A DNA stretch of 32,000 nt from Pyrodictium delaneyi (GCF_001412615.1 NZ_CP013011.1:1800001-1832000); one strand, 5' to 3'. Positions 15,172-24,156 are shown, counted from the stretch's first letter. Numbers and translations are program-made. Notes: a model not told the origin generated them from the letters alone.

Positions 15172-15358
15172 TCTCCTCCTAGCTGAAGGTTCCTTGTCCT
15201 AGTCACAGCTACACTTCTTGCCTTGACCTGGTTAGTTCTTCAAGGATCCTCTCGTGTAGGTTGCGTAGAGCCGGTGTCCACGCTGCTCCGAAGTTCAATT
15301 TACCTTTAAGTAAAATGTTATGGACGCTCTGTACACGAGCCTGGAGGAGACGAGGCAG

Positions 15359-15386
15359 CATTACTTTACAATATTATAAAGTAATG
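15359..15386. repeat. perfect 10-bp inverted repeat CATTACTTTA-N8-TAAAGTAATG (A+T-rich palindrome)
   Basis: Read directly from the sequence. It lies inside the 840-nt ORF-poor region, and its left arm overlaps the ATG of a 50-codon minus-strand ORF (15209-15361). Confidence 0.9.
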
Positions 15387-15902
15387 TGAGTGTAGTGTGC
15401 CTGGAGTGCGTGTGATACCGAATCTGGGGATACGCTGGCTCCTCGGGGGAAGGGCTGGAAGCCTTCTAGAAGCCCAAGAGCGGTCACCTTGATGCCTGGT
15501 GTACTGAACACATTGCGTATAGCGTTGTCGCGTTATTCCCAGTCACGCCTCCATACAGTCTACCACCGTATAGTGGGTGAGAAGCCGGATAGGCTAGAGT
15601 TCTAACACGGCCCTCGAGATGTAGACACTGTAGCAGTCTATGTTATCTCTCAGAAGTTTGAGCTGTATATCCAGGGGCAGCTGGCCGACTCTACATGGCT
15701 TATAACGCTGCCGGAAGATTTCACATCGTTAGCTGGCTCCTTGAACGGCTCATAGAGAACTACGATCACGTTCCTAGATGAGCGTGTTCTACAGCTACAC
15801 AGTCCTATTTACTGGATAAGAATGGCTCGGCGTTACCTCAGCTATACCGGAGGCTCATAGCTGGCAACACAGCGTAGAGGCTACCCCTGGAGGAGGCTGA
15901 GC

Positions 15903-16622
15903 TTGGTAGGCGTGGACAGCATAGCCGGACGGGCTAACGGCGAGACAGTATACCGGATCCTTTCCCAGAGCCTCACGGTAGACTGGCGCGACTACGTTGT
16001 GCTGGTAGCGGATCGTCTCGACGGCAACCCCTACGCTGTGCTAGCCGCGATAATCCTTAGCCAGAACACGAGCGACCGGAACTCGATACGCGCCTACCAC
16101 GAGCTCCGCCGGCTCCTAGGCGGCCGCGTTACCCCGGAGGCGGTACTGGCAGTTCATGAGGAGAAGCTAATAGAGGCTATAAGGCCGGCAGGCCTAGCCC
16201 GGCAAAAGGCGAGGACACTACGCGAGGCGGCCAAGAGGATAATCGAGGCCGGAGGCGAGAAGGTACTACTCGAGAAGCCGCCCGAGGAGCTACGATCGTT
16301 CCTCCTCTCGATACCTGGAGTCGGAAAGAAGACTGCAGACGTGTTCCTCTCCTTTAAGCGCCGAGCCCCAGTCTTCGCGGTCGATACCCACGCGCTCCGT
16401 GTGGCCAAGCGCTGGAGGCTAGTAGGCTCCCAGGCGGGCTACGACGAGGCGTCGAGAGCGCTCCTAGAGTTCTTCGGCCCCGAGCGGAGCGAGGAAGCTC
16501 ACCGCCTCATCATAGCCCTTGGACGCCAGTACTGTAGAGCCCGGAACCCCAGGTGTAGCGAATGCCCCTTGCACGGTATCTGCCCCTACCCCGCCCAGCA
16601 GGGCCCTGAAGCCGAGAGGTAA
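15903..16622 (+). CDS. nth: endonuclease III (HhH-GPD DNA glycosylase/AP lyase with a 4Fe-4S cluster)
   Basis: LSQNTSD motif, HhH (LLSIPGVGKKTADVFL), catalytic-Asp region (FAVDTHALRV), and C-terminal C-x6-C-x2-C-x5-C (CRARNPRCSECPLHGIC). Confidence 0.9.
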   Translation: MVGVDSIAGRANGETVYRILSQSLTVDWRDYVVLVADRLDGNPYAVLAAIILSQNTSDRNSIRAYHELRRLLGGRVTPEAVLAVHEEKLIEAIRPAGLARQKARTLREAAKRIIEAGGEKVLLEKPPEELRSFLLSIPGVGKKTADVFLSFKRRAPVFAVDTHALRVAKRWRLVGSQAGYDEASRALLEFFGPERSEEAHRLIIALGRQYCRARNPRCSECPLHGICPYPAQQGPEAER

Positions 16623-16652
16623 ACAGAGGCTACCATGCCCCGGATTCTGGCA

Positions 16653-17009
16653 TTATCCTCTCTCATCCCTCCTACACTCTACTAGCTGGCCTCGCTTCCA
16701 TAGCTTCATAGCTTCCTCTAGTACATCTTCCTCGTCCCTCCCTGTTTCGAGTAGCTGCCACTCCGCGTAGCCGAGCTTTCGCCTCTTCTTGGGGAGCTGG
16801 TGGCTCTCTAGCTCTACTGCCCGCCGAGTAGGATGGGTAGTCACCATCGCGTAGGCCCTGACTAGAGCCGCCACAGCTGCCTCGTGCAGCACTATAACTT
16901 GGTCACCTAGATCAAGCATAAACCTAGCATGAAGATGCCCATCGGGGATAAACGCTATGATCTTACGTATACATTCGTTGGGGTATACTCTAGGATTCTG
17001 CTCCGTCAT
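16653..17009 (-). CDS. hypothetical protein
   Basis: 118-aa ORF, convergent with nth, with ordinary composition and a clean ATG start. I recognise no family. Confidence 0.5.
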   Translation of the reverse strand: MTEQNPRVYPNECIRKIIAFIPDGHLHARFMLDLGDQVIVLHEAAVAALVRAYAMVTTHPTRRAVELESHQLPKKRRKLGYAEWQLLETGRDEEDVLEEAMKLWKRGQLVECRRDERG

Positions 17010-17112
17010 CCATGATCTCCTCTAGCCAAGACGGCTAGAGGGTAACAGAGCTTCCTGGAGATATAAGTAACAGCCTGCTATTTATTAAGCAAGGGAAGCT
17101 GGTAGGCAAGCT

Positions 17113-18087
17113 ATGTTCAGGCTAGTTGCCGGTGTAGAAGAAGCAGGCCTAGAGGATGCTATCGCTAGGCTGCTAAACCGTGTAGAGAGTCTGCGTTACC
17201 CTGTATACCGAGAGCCCTGGACAAGAGAGAGAATTAGGAGGCAATGGTTGAGCTATAGTGGCTACAGCCCCGAAAACCTCGTAACAGTGATCACTGACAC
17301 CTCAGTCCCAGTAGCAATAGCCTGGATCTACCCTATACAGGGATGCGGAGTAGTCTGGGTACGGATAGACCCTTTGATAGCACTGACGACTGCCACCAAA
17401 GTGCTTGAAGAGCTATTATCCTATGCACGGCTGCTCTTCGATACACGAGGAGCTGCACGAGGTGTTCCAGTACGCGTCCACGTAGAGCCACTAGGTCTCG
17501 TCCGGGACGCACTGTATAGAGTCATACCGGGTGCTGTAGCCCGAGAAGGAGGAGCACTCATGGCCTACAAAGGCTCGGGTGTACAGCCGGTTCTCCCTCC
17601 TGGCTACCGGATTGAAAGCCGTAGCAGCATAGCAGGGGATAGAGGGTTATTAGCAAGGATAGTCCAGCTAGTTAACGCAGCGTTTGCTAGGTATTCCTGG
17701 TATACACCCTCAACCTTGAGAGATTATACAAACTACATAAACTATGTAGAAGAACATTACCGCCCACTATATCTTCTCGTCTGGAGCCCGAGTGGTGAGC
17801 TGGCAGGATACCTTCTCGCCTACATACACCCCAACTTGGCGGGAGGAATCTCGGGATACATAGAGGAGCTAGCAGTACACCCATATCATCAACGGCGGGG
17901 CCTGGGAAGCAGCCTTGTTGCCGAGGCGACTAGAAGACTACACCATGAGACACGCTACGTCTATCTGAACTCGGTTCGGGGTCTCGAGGGTTTTTACCAG
18001 ATGCTCGGCTTCACAGTAGCAGAGAGAAAAGCGTACTATGAGGCTGACGTACATGTACTCCCGCAGCGCAACGTAGTCGTCATGTGA
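17113..18087 (+). CDS. GNAT-family N-acetyltransferase (C-terminal GNAT domain; N-terminal half possibly a degenerate second GNAT)
   Basis: Acetyl-CoA motif A is IEELAVHPYHQRRGLGSSLVAEA (R-x-x-G-x-G), followed by YQMLGF. Confidence 0.8.
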   Translation: MFRLVAGVEEAGLEDAIARLLNRVESLRYPVYREPWTRERIRRQWLSYSGYSPENLVTVITDTSVPVAIAWIYPIQGCGVVWVRIDPLIALTTATKVLEELLSYARLLFDTRGAARGVPVRVHVEPLGLVRDALYRVIPGAVAREGGALMAYKGSGVQPVLPPGYRIESRSSIAGDRGLLARIVQLVNAAFARYSWYTPSTLRDYTNYINYVEEHYRPLYLLVWSPSGELAGYLLAYIHPNLAGGISGYIEELAVHPYHQRRGLGSSLVAEATRRLHHETRYVYLNSVRGLEGFYQMLGFTVAERKAYYEADVHVLPQRNVVVM

Positions 18088-18161
18088 CAAGCAGGGGTCA
18101 TAGCGAGGAATTGACGGCAGATAGGAGATCGGAGGAGGGGATGTGGATCCCGGTGGGCGGA

Positions 18162-18271
<110 letters not shown>

Positions 18272-18318
18272 AGCCACGCGCCTCCATGTTCGGAAGCCCA
18301 CTCTGCTAGTGGGGCTAT

Positions 18319-18669
18319 TTAAGCATTTCTCTGGGGGTTTGTTTCCTCGCGAGCCCAGCGGCAGTAGTCGCCTAGGCAAGCTATCACGGGGAGTGCTACC
18401 ACCTCTGGTACTGTGTATGGATGTATCTCCTTGACTCTGCGTATTAGCTCCTCTAGTCTCGATACTGTAGTCTTTATCACCAGTAGGTCCTCCTTATCTT
18501 CCTCTATACGGCCTTGCCACCAGTACATACTATTGACCTCTGCAATGTTTATACAAGCTGCTAGCCTCTCCTCTAGCAGCCTGCGCGCAATTTCTGCGCC
18601 TTTACCCCTCGGTGCAGTCACGTATACGACTACAAGGCCCGACTCCATCAAGCTAAATACACCCCTCAT
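18319..18669 (-). CDS. cutA: divalent-cation tolerance protein CutA
   Basis: 116 aa with VVYVTAP...A..IARRLLEERLAACINI...SMYWWQGRIEEDKEDLLVIKT...HPYTVPEV, the classic CutA1 pattern. Confidence 0.9.
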   Translation of the reverse strand: MRGVFSLMESGLVVVYVTAPRGKGAEIARRLLEERLAACINIAEVNSMYWWQGRIEEDKEDLLVIKTTVSRLEELIRRVKEIHPYTVPEVVALPVIACLGDYCRWAREETNPQRNA

Positions 18670-18778
18670 TCCAAGCTAGGGAGACGTTGTGCTAAACTGA
18701 GCCTCCTAGCCTATACAAGCGACGTGCCGGATAAAATCCCTAAACACCAGCCTACATATATACAGGGGACACTAAACA

Positions 18779-19279
18779 ATGGCCTCTAGTGAGCCTAAGG
18801 AGCCGCTGCTTCATGATCGATTACTGGCACGAGTAGCAGCCGCCATCTATGAAACATTCGAGATAATAGCGCTACTAGCTCTCTCAGTGGCAACAGCCAT
18901 GGCTATAATAGACTTCTTTAAGGCTCTGATGGAGCACGGCTTTGTATATACTGAAGTCGTGGAGAAGGTTCTACTAATATTCGTGTTCATAGACCTTACC
19001 CGGACAATTGTAGGAAGCATAGTCGAGGGCCGCTTCAGAATGGATATACTCTTTGAGGCAATAACTATAGCAATAGCAAGGGATCTCATAGGATTCCTGG
19101 CCCTTATAGCCCAGCAATTCAACCCCATCAAGGCTGTAGTGCTGACGGGTATGCTGGCAACATCTGTAGTGCTATGGATATTCGCTAGAAGGGTCGAGAT
19201 ACGGGAACCTGGGCCCAGAATAGGATTCTATAATCCCGTTAAGCAAGAGAGAAAGGAAAGCAAGACAGAAGGAGACTAG
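18779..19279 (+). CDS. PsiE-like (phosphate-starvation-inducible E family) membrane protein
   Basis: 166 aa with four hydrophobic segments whose spacing and motifs resemble PsiE (VLLIFVFIDLTRTIV, EAITIAIARDLI). The assignment is tentative. Confidence 0.5.
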   Translation: MASSEPKEPLLHDRLLARVAAAIYETFEIIALLALSVATAMAIIDFFKALMEHGFVYTEVVEKVLLIFVFIDLTRTIVGSIVEGRFRMDILFEAITIAIARDLIGFLALIAQQFNPIKAVVLTGMLATSVVLWIFARRVEIREPGPRIGFYNPVKQERKESKTEGD

Positions 19280-19296
19280 CGAAGACAAAAGGAGAG

Positions 19297-20331
19297 CTAG
19301 CTGTTTCTCCACCTAATCTCTCCATTGAGGTACTTTTCTATAGCCTCGGCGGCCTCTAGGCCGCTCTTCATAGCCGGGCCTATTAGGCTGGCGCCATGCA
19401 CTACGTCACCGGCGGCAAAGACTGGCTCCCTTGTAGTCCTCTTGTACTCGTCGACGTCTATCGTACCGTCCTCGCGGAGCCTTATGCCATAGTCCCCACC
19501 GTTAAAGGGTGGTGTAGGTATCAGCCCTATAGCTTCAAGAACCATATCTGCTTCTAGTGTGACGTACTCGCCTGGTATGGGTACAGGCCGGGGCCTCTTT
19601 GCGCCGGGTTGCTCGACGAGCTGCATCTTCTGCAGCTTTACTGCTGTGACCTTGCCCCCGCTGCCGATGTATTCTACTGGTGTCACTAGCTCGTGTATAA
19701 TGGCTCCAGCTTCCTCGGCTTCGCGGAATCCCCGCTCCCCCGCAGGAGCATAGCTGCGGGTACGCCGGTAGACCAGATGCACCTCCTCCGCGCCTAGCCA
19801 CTTGGCGACGTGGACAGCGTCTACTGCGGTGAGGCCACCGCCCACGACTACTACGCGGCGGCCGACCGGCGGTTTCTCGCTCCGGTAGCCGTAGCGCCAC
19901 ATGTGGTAGTCGACGATCCATTCCATAGCTGGAAGTACCCCTTTGAGATCGGAGCCTGGCACGTTTAGCCGCCGGCTCTTCCAGGTACCGGTGGCTAACA
20001 GTACAGCATCGTAGTCCTCTATGAGGTCGCCGAGCAGTATGTCTCTCCCCACTACCGTGTTCTGGCGGAACTCTACACCGATGCTCCGTAACTCCTCTAT
20101 GCCCTTACGGACACGCTCCTTGTTGATATGGATCTCGAGTACGCCGAATATCAGGAAGCCACCTGGCTCGGGGTTCCTGTCGTACACGGTGACGTTGAAG
20201 CCCCGGCACCGGAGATAGCCGGCAGCATAGAGGCCAGCAGGCCCAGCGCCCACTATCGCTACTCGCTCTCGCCGCTCCGCGTACTCGCCTGGCTTGCAGC
20301 GAACAATGAAGCGCAAGGCGGCATCTACCAT
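19297..20331 (-). CDS. GltD-like FAD/NAD(P)H pyridine-nucleotide-disulfide oxidoreductase (glutamate synthase small-subunit or SudA/NfnB-like, lacking the N-terminal Fe-S domain)
   Basis: Two Rossmann motifs (VAIVGAGPAGLYAAGYL and VVVVGGGLTAVDAV), VYDRNPEPGG, and C-terminal FAAGDVVHG. Confidence 0.8.
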   Translation of the reverse strand: MVDAALRFIVRCKPGEYAERRERVAIVGAGPAGLYAAGYLRCRGFNVTVYDRNPEPGGFLIFGVLEIHINKERVRKGIEELRSIGVEFRQNTVVGRDILLGDLIEDYDAVLLATGTWKSRRLNVPGSDLKGVLPAMEWIVDYHMWRYGYRSEKPPVGRRVVVVGGGLTAVDAVHVAKWLGAEEVHLVYRRTRSYAPAGERGFREAEEAGAIIHELVTPVEYIGSGGKVTAVKLQKMQLVEQPGAKRPRPVPIPGEYVTLEADMVLEAIGLIPTPPFNGGDYGIRLREDGTIDVDEYKRTTREPVFAAGDVVHGASLIGPAMKSGLEAAEAIEKYLNGEIRWRNS

Positions 20332-20448
20332 GGCAACTGGGGCGTCTTATCCGGTAAAGAATTCTGCGTAAACATGGCAAGGTGGCCGAGACGGTGTAGG
20401 AGAGGACCAAGAGTGGGAAGACAAGAGAGTTAGTGTGAAATGAGGGGC

Positions 20449-20453
20449 AAAAA
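20449..20453 (-). terminator. oligo-T tract (T5 on the minus strand) after the inositol-1-phosphate synthase gene
   Basis: The minus strand reads CCCCAGAGACTTATTTTTGCCCC, beginning about 19 nt after the stop at 20472. Confidence 0.45.
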
Positions 20454-20471
20454 TAAGTCTCTGGGGTCCTC

Positions 20472-21653
20472 TTAGGCCTTGATTACGCCCTTCTCGCGTA
20501 GGTAGTCTAGTAGCTGGTAGTAGGCGCGTATCCTCGACATGTTCCGGGCTCCGCGCGGCCCTGGATCCTTCATGAAGAAGGCGTTTACGGGGTATGCTGT
20601 GCCCTTCTCGCCCCTCTCTACTAGCGCCTTGCCTATCCTCGTTAGGTCTACTAGTAGGCCTGCGAGCGCCGGGCTGTCGTTGATCCTCAGGTTTACTACT
20701 AGTTCGTCCTCTAGCGCGTTGAAGGTCTTCCACCAGATGTGCATTGAGACGAACTTCTTGTCGCCTAGTGGCTCCAGGTAGCCGGTGGGCTTGATGAAGT
20801 GTGGTGCATCGTAGCCTAGGATGTCCTTGACTATGCTGCTCTTCGTCTCCTCCTTCATCTTGTTGCGCTCTGGCACCGTTAGCGCGAGGAAGTCAGTATT
20901 GCCGCCGATGTTGAACTGTGCTATGCTCATTACGTAGCGGTTCCTCTCCGCGAGGTGCTCTAGCAGGTCAGCGGTCAGCGGAGTAGCGCCGGTAGCGCCG
21001 TCGTCACCTAGCACTAGGCTACCGGCCTCCTCGAAGAGCTTTACTATGGCGTCGTCGCGGGCTAGTGGGCTCGGTATCACGTTGATGAAAGCTACTGGCT
21101 TCCCGGTCTCCTTGGCATAGAGGTAGGCGGCGTAGGCGTAGGCGTGGCTAGCGCTTAGCCTCTTACGGTCATCCTTCTCGATGGCCTCCTCTAGGGCCTT
21201 GACATCGTGGAAGGCCTTAGCGGGCTCCGTCGTAGCGACCTCTATTATCACATCCGGCTGTAGCTGCTTCCACTCCTCTACCAGCCGCTCGATAGCAGCC
21301 TTTGTCGAGCCGAGCTCGTCCTCGAGACCCTTGACCTGGAAGGGTAGACCCTCCATCGAGCCTAGGTGTATACCGCGCCTCACTGTGATGCTCTTGAGGG
21401 TCTCCGGTACTGGTAGGATGTCGCCTACAGCCTTGACGGCTACCTCGTAGACTGTCTTGCCAACCTTCTCATTGTCCACGTCGTAGCTGCCAACGATCTC
21501 TATATCCTTTATATCGTAAACCATTTGATACTTTGCGAAGGGAACGCCATAGGGCTCTAGCTCGCCTTTCTTAATCCTCTCTACGCCTACAGCAAAGTGT
21601 GTGGCTACAAGGCCTTGCCCGATCAGTACCACGCGTATCGCCATGACTCTCAC
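20472..21653 (-). CDS. myo-inositol-1-phosphate synthase (archaeal type)
   Basis: About 390 aa with an N-terminal NAD-binding segment (VVLIGQGLVATHFAVG), an internal FNIGGNTDF motif, and archaeal MIPS length and architecture. ATG at 21644 (MAIRVV...) is the likelier start because GGAGGGGTGA lies 5-14 nt upstream of it. The GTG at 21653 sits inside that SD-like element. Confidence 0.78.
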   Translation of the reverse strand: MRVMAIRVVLIGQGLVATHFAVGVERIKKGELEPYGVPFAKYQMVYDIKDIEIVGSYDVDNEKVGKTVYEVAVKAVGDILPVPETLKSITVRRGIHLGSMEGLPFQVKGLEDELGSTKAAIERLVEEWKQLQPDVIIEVATTEPAKAFHDVKALEEAIEKDDRKRLSASHAYAYAAYLYAKETGKPVAFINVIPSPLARDDAIVKLFEEAGSLVLGDDGATGATPLTADLLEHLAERNRYVMSIAQFNIGGNTDFLALTVPERNKMKEETKSSIVKDILGYDAPHFIKPTGYLEPLGDKKFVSMHIWWKTFNALEDELVVNLRINDSPALAGLLVDLTRIGKALVERGEKGTAYPVNAFFMKDPGPRGARNMSRIRAYYQLLDYLREKGVIKA

Positions 21654-21830
21654 CCCTCCGTGAATCTCCTGTGGTTCAAACCCGGTGGGGCCGAGATGGT
21701 GCGCGACGGGGAGCCAGCACTAGAGGCCGGTCCAGCTAGTCCACCACAGCACGCCGAAAGTGTCTGGCTCCGGTGGCCTGTTTCCGCAGGCCACTAGGAG
21801 ACCACTAGGTATCAACGGCCCCAGCCTCAG
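21654..21830 (-). promoter_or_regulatory. candidate long, GC-rich structured 5' leader of the inositol-1-phosphate synthase gene
   Basis: A perfect 8-bp hairpin GTGGCCTG-TTTCCG-CAGGCCAC (21773-21794). A long-range 8-bp pairing GGAGCCAG (21710-21717) / CTGGCTCC (21764-21771), extendable by CACT/AGTG. A tandem CCACTAGG repeat (21791-21798 and 21802-21809). An SD-like GGAGGGGTGA at the 3' end. Confidence 0.3.
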
Positions 21831-21850
21831 ACTACATCAAGGCGCTTCAA

Positions 21851-21856
21851 TTTAAA
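21851..21856 (-). promoter_or_regulatory. TATA-box-like TTTAAA about 200 nt upstream of the inositol-1-phosphate synthase start
   Basis: caaTTTAAAccc is the only strong A+T box between the DUF123 stop (21865) and the MIPS start. Its use is inferred. Confidence 0.3.
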
Positions 21857-21864
21857 CCCTTCCC

Positions 21865-22365
21865 CTATCCAGTGCTATCAATAGTGTACAACCTGGTTGG
21901 CCGTATGAACCGTAGAGCCCCCGGCACCGAGGAGGCAAGACCCAGAGCAGCAGCGAGACAGTCCCCTGCGAGGCAGAGGAAGAGATGGCCAAACCCATAG
22001 GGGTCGTCGGTGCCGCCGAGCCGGGGCTCCACCGGCTCGAAGACGCGGGAAGAGTGTCCAGCGGCGGCGAGGAACGGCTCAACCCTACGAGTATTCAGAA
22101 CGACTATAGCGCCTATGGGCCGGTAGCCAGGGGCTGCGGCGAGATAGTCTATGTGCCAGTGCATCCTCCCCCGCCGGCCGTAGAGGTGGCGGCAGAGCCT
22201 AGCCCGAAGCCCACCAGGGCCCCACGCGCTCCCCACGTAGATGTATACTCCCGGCTCGAGCCTCGCCAAGAGCCTCCGGCCCACGGGCCCCCGGTAGCCC
22301 TCTCGGAGCTCGAAGACAAGCAGGTAGACTCCCTTCCCTCGTGGTAAGCTGCTACACGGGTCCAA
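21865..22365 (-). CDS. DUF123 / GIY-YIG (Uri) superfamily nuclease-like protein
   Basis: GVYLLVFEL...PGVYIYVGSA...LRARLCRHL...HWHIDYL is the characteristic DUF123 motif series. Confidence 0.8.
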   Translation of the reverse strand: MDPCSSLPRGKGVYLLVFELREGYRGPVGRRLLARLEPGVYIYVGSAWGPGGLRARLCRHLYGRRGRMHWHIDYLAAAPGYRPIGAIVVLNTRRVEPFLAAAGHSSRVFEPVEPRLGGTDDPYGFGHLFLCLAGDCLAAALGLASSVPGALRFIRPTRLYTIDSTG

Positions 22366-22392
22366 GGCTTAGGCGCCCTTTATGCTGCACCG

Positions 22393-23480
22393 CTACGAGC
22401 CGCGCCGCCGGAGGCCTTTAGGCCTAAGCAGTATTGCCATCGACGCGGTAGCCAAGGCTGCCGTGGATACGTGTAGTACCGGGTCTATGCTGTACAACGC
22501 GCCTCCCAGCCACGAGGCCGGAGCCCTGGCAAGGTTTCTCGCAGTCTGCAGGGCCCCAGCTAGGAGCGGATCACTGGGCCTCGCCTTACTCACGTAGGCG
22601 TATAGTATCTCGTCGAGCGCGCCCGCTAGGCTTAGGGAGGCGAGCCCCAGCAGCATGGCGGCGTGAACCCCGGTGTAGACTAGCAAAGGTGCAGCAGCCA
22701 GCAGCAAGGCCACAAGCACCGGATAGGGCGCGAGCAATGGCGGCAGCACCACCCCTGCAGCATGGAGCGAGACGTAGTAGAGCGGGACCTCCCGGACGTC
22801 GAGGCCAGCCGCCCTAAGATAGTACGGCGCGAACGGCGCAAACACAAGGGGCAGGGCCGAGGCCGCCCCATACAATAGGGCCTCCCTGTAGGCCCGGAGG
22901 ACTATCCTTCCCCTCCTCTGGGGCCGGAAGCCCCCGGTATCCAGCATTAGCGCCGGAACAGAGGAGGCTAGGAAGAATAACGACGCAGCCCAAAGCCCCG
23001 CTGCAGCAGTCTCCGCGACACGGTACGCGACCACACCCCCTAGAGCCGCGCCCACTCGTACACTCGTAGACAGGGCAAACACAGTAGCCCTAGCCGAGGC
23101 CCGGGAGCTAGAGAGAAGCGCCGCCAGCGGGGCCAACCGATAGAGTTGAGCGAGTATAGAGCGTACCCGAGCACGAAGCCCGGCAGACCACGCCAGACGA
23201 GCATCACGAGCAGGCCAGCCCCTGCTACAGCGTAGCTCGCCACAGCCGTAACCCACGCAGCCCGAGGCCCCCGAGACGCCAACAATCCACCAAGAAGCCC
23301 AGAAATCATGGCCACGAGGAAGCCGAGGCCATAGACGAGCCCGTAAAGGGCTTCAGGCACACCTATCTCTAGCGCGTAGAGTGGTACAAGCGGAGTGAAG
23401 CCCCAGCCGATACCCCATACGAGGTTAGCAATTACAATGGCCACGAAGTTTCTAACTAGCCGCGGCAAGACAGCGTTCAC
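22393..23480 (-). pseudogene. MFS transporter interrupted by a frameshift (pseudogene or sequencing error)
   Basis: Two overlapping minus-strand ORFs in different frames (23040..23480 and 22393..23256) each read as contiguous MFS transmembrane sequence. The N-terminal part is sensible up to ...GYALYSLNSIGWP, and the second frame becomes sensible from ...LAPLAALLSSS. This implies a 1-nt shift near 23125-23150, around a GGGGCC run. Confidence 0.7.
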
Positions 23481-23702
23481 CCGTCATGGGGCTGCTACAT
23501 ATCCCTCAATGTTTCACCTCCTTAGTTAGTTTCATACAATGGCCGGCCACACAAACCCTCTACATGAGGGAACTACTCAAAACACTCTGAAATAATCACT
23601 AACGAGGAATAGGTTAGAAAAGTGTAGCACAGTAGCTAGTCCGCGAAGCGCTCATAACAACCCCGGAGAGCAAAACAGCAACAAGACTACGGGGAGAGGC
23701 CC

Positions 23703-24110
23703 ATGGAGGAGGGTATACCCGGCCACGCGGGCAAAACCGAGTGGGCCAAGAAGATCCAGGGCTTCCTTAAGGAGCGCGGCGTGAGCTTCGAAGCCGAGGG
23801 CGAGGCCACCCGCATCCATCTAGACGACATAGTAGTAGAGGTAGCCGAGGCCGAGAGCGGCGAAGGCTACGCCATAGTGATAACCGTGCCCCTACCCGGC
23901 TCCAGTAGCGAAGCCCTAGACGAGGCTACTGGCCGTACACTAGCCAGCGCCATGAAGCTGGCGGGGCTGCTGGGCGCAGAAGAGCTAGGATACGAGCTGG
24001 ACACGAGCCTACCCGGCTACCCCAGTCTCCGGATAATAGTGGAATACAGCGACCCCAATACTCTGGCTGAGAAGCTGGTAGAGGCGCTCAAGAAATACCT
24101 GGAAGGCTAG
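23703..24110 (+). CDS. hypothetical acidic protein
   Basis: 135-aa ORF with a clean ATG and normal composition. I recognise no family. Confidence 0.5.
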   Translation: MEEGIPGHAGKTEWAKKIQGFLKERGVSFEAEGEATRIHLDDIVVEVAEAESGEGYAIVITVPLPGSSSEALDEATGRTLASAMKLAGLLGAEELGYELDTSLPGYPSLRIIVEYSDPNTLAEKLVEALKKYLEG

Positions 24111-24156
24111 CAGTTTATTACTAGCAATAGTAGTGAATCTTGTTTCTTCCCACCGG

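Noticed and set aside
15492-15902. ORF fragments upstream of nth sit in the same frame as nth, with four sense stretches separated by only three stops. This suggested a decayed N-terminal extension or pseudogene.
   Set aside because: Three stops in about 137 codons is not clearly fewer than expected by chance at this composition. The fragments show no recognisable motif. Nth-family proteins normally begin about where the annotated start lies.
21673-21685. GGTTCAAACCCGG looks like a tRNA T-arm.
   Set aside because: The flanking bases do not form a T stem, acceptor stem or any other cloverleaf element on either strand.
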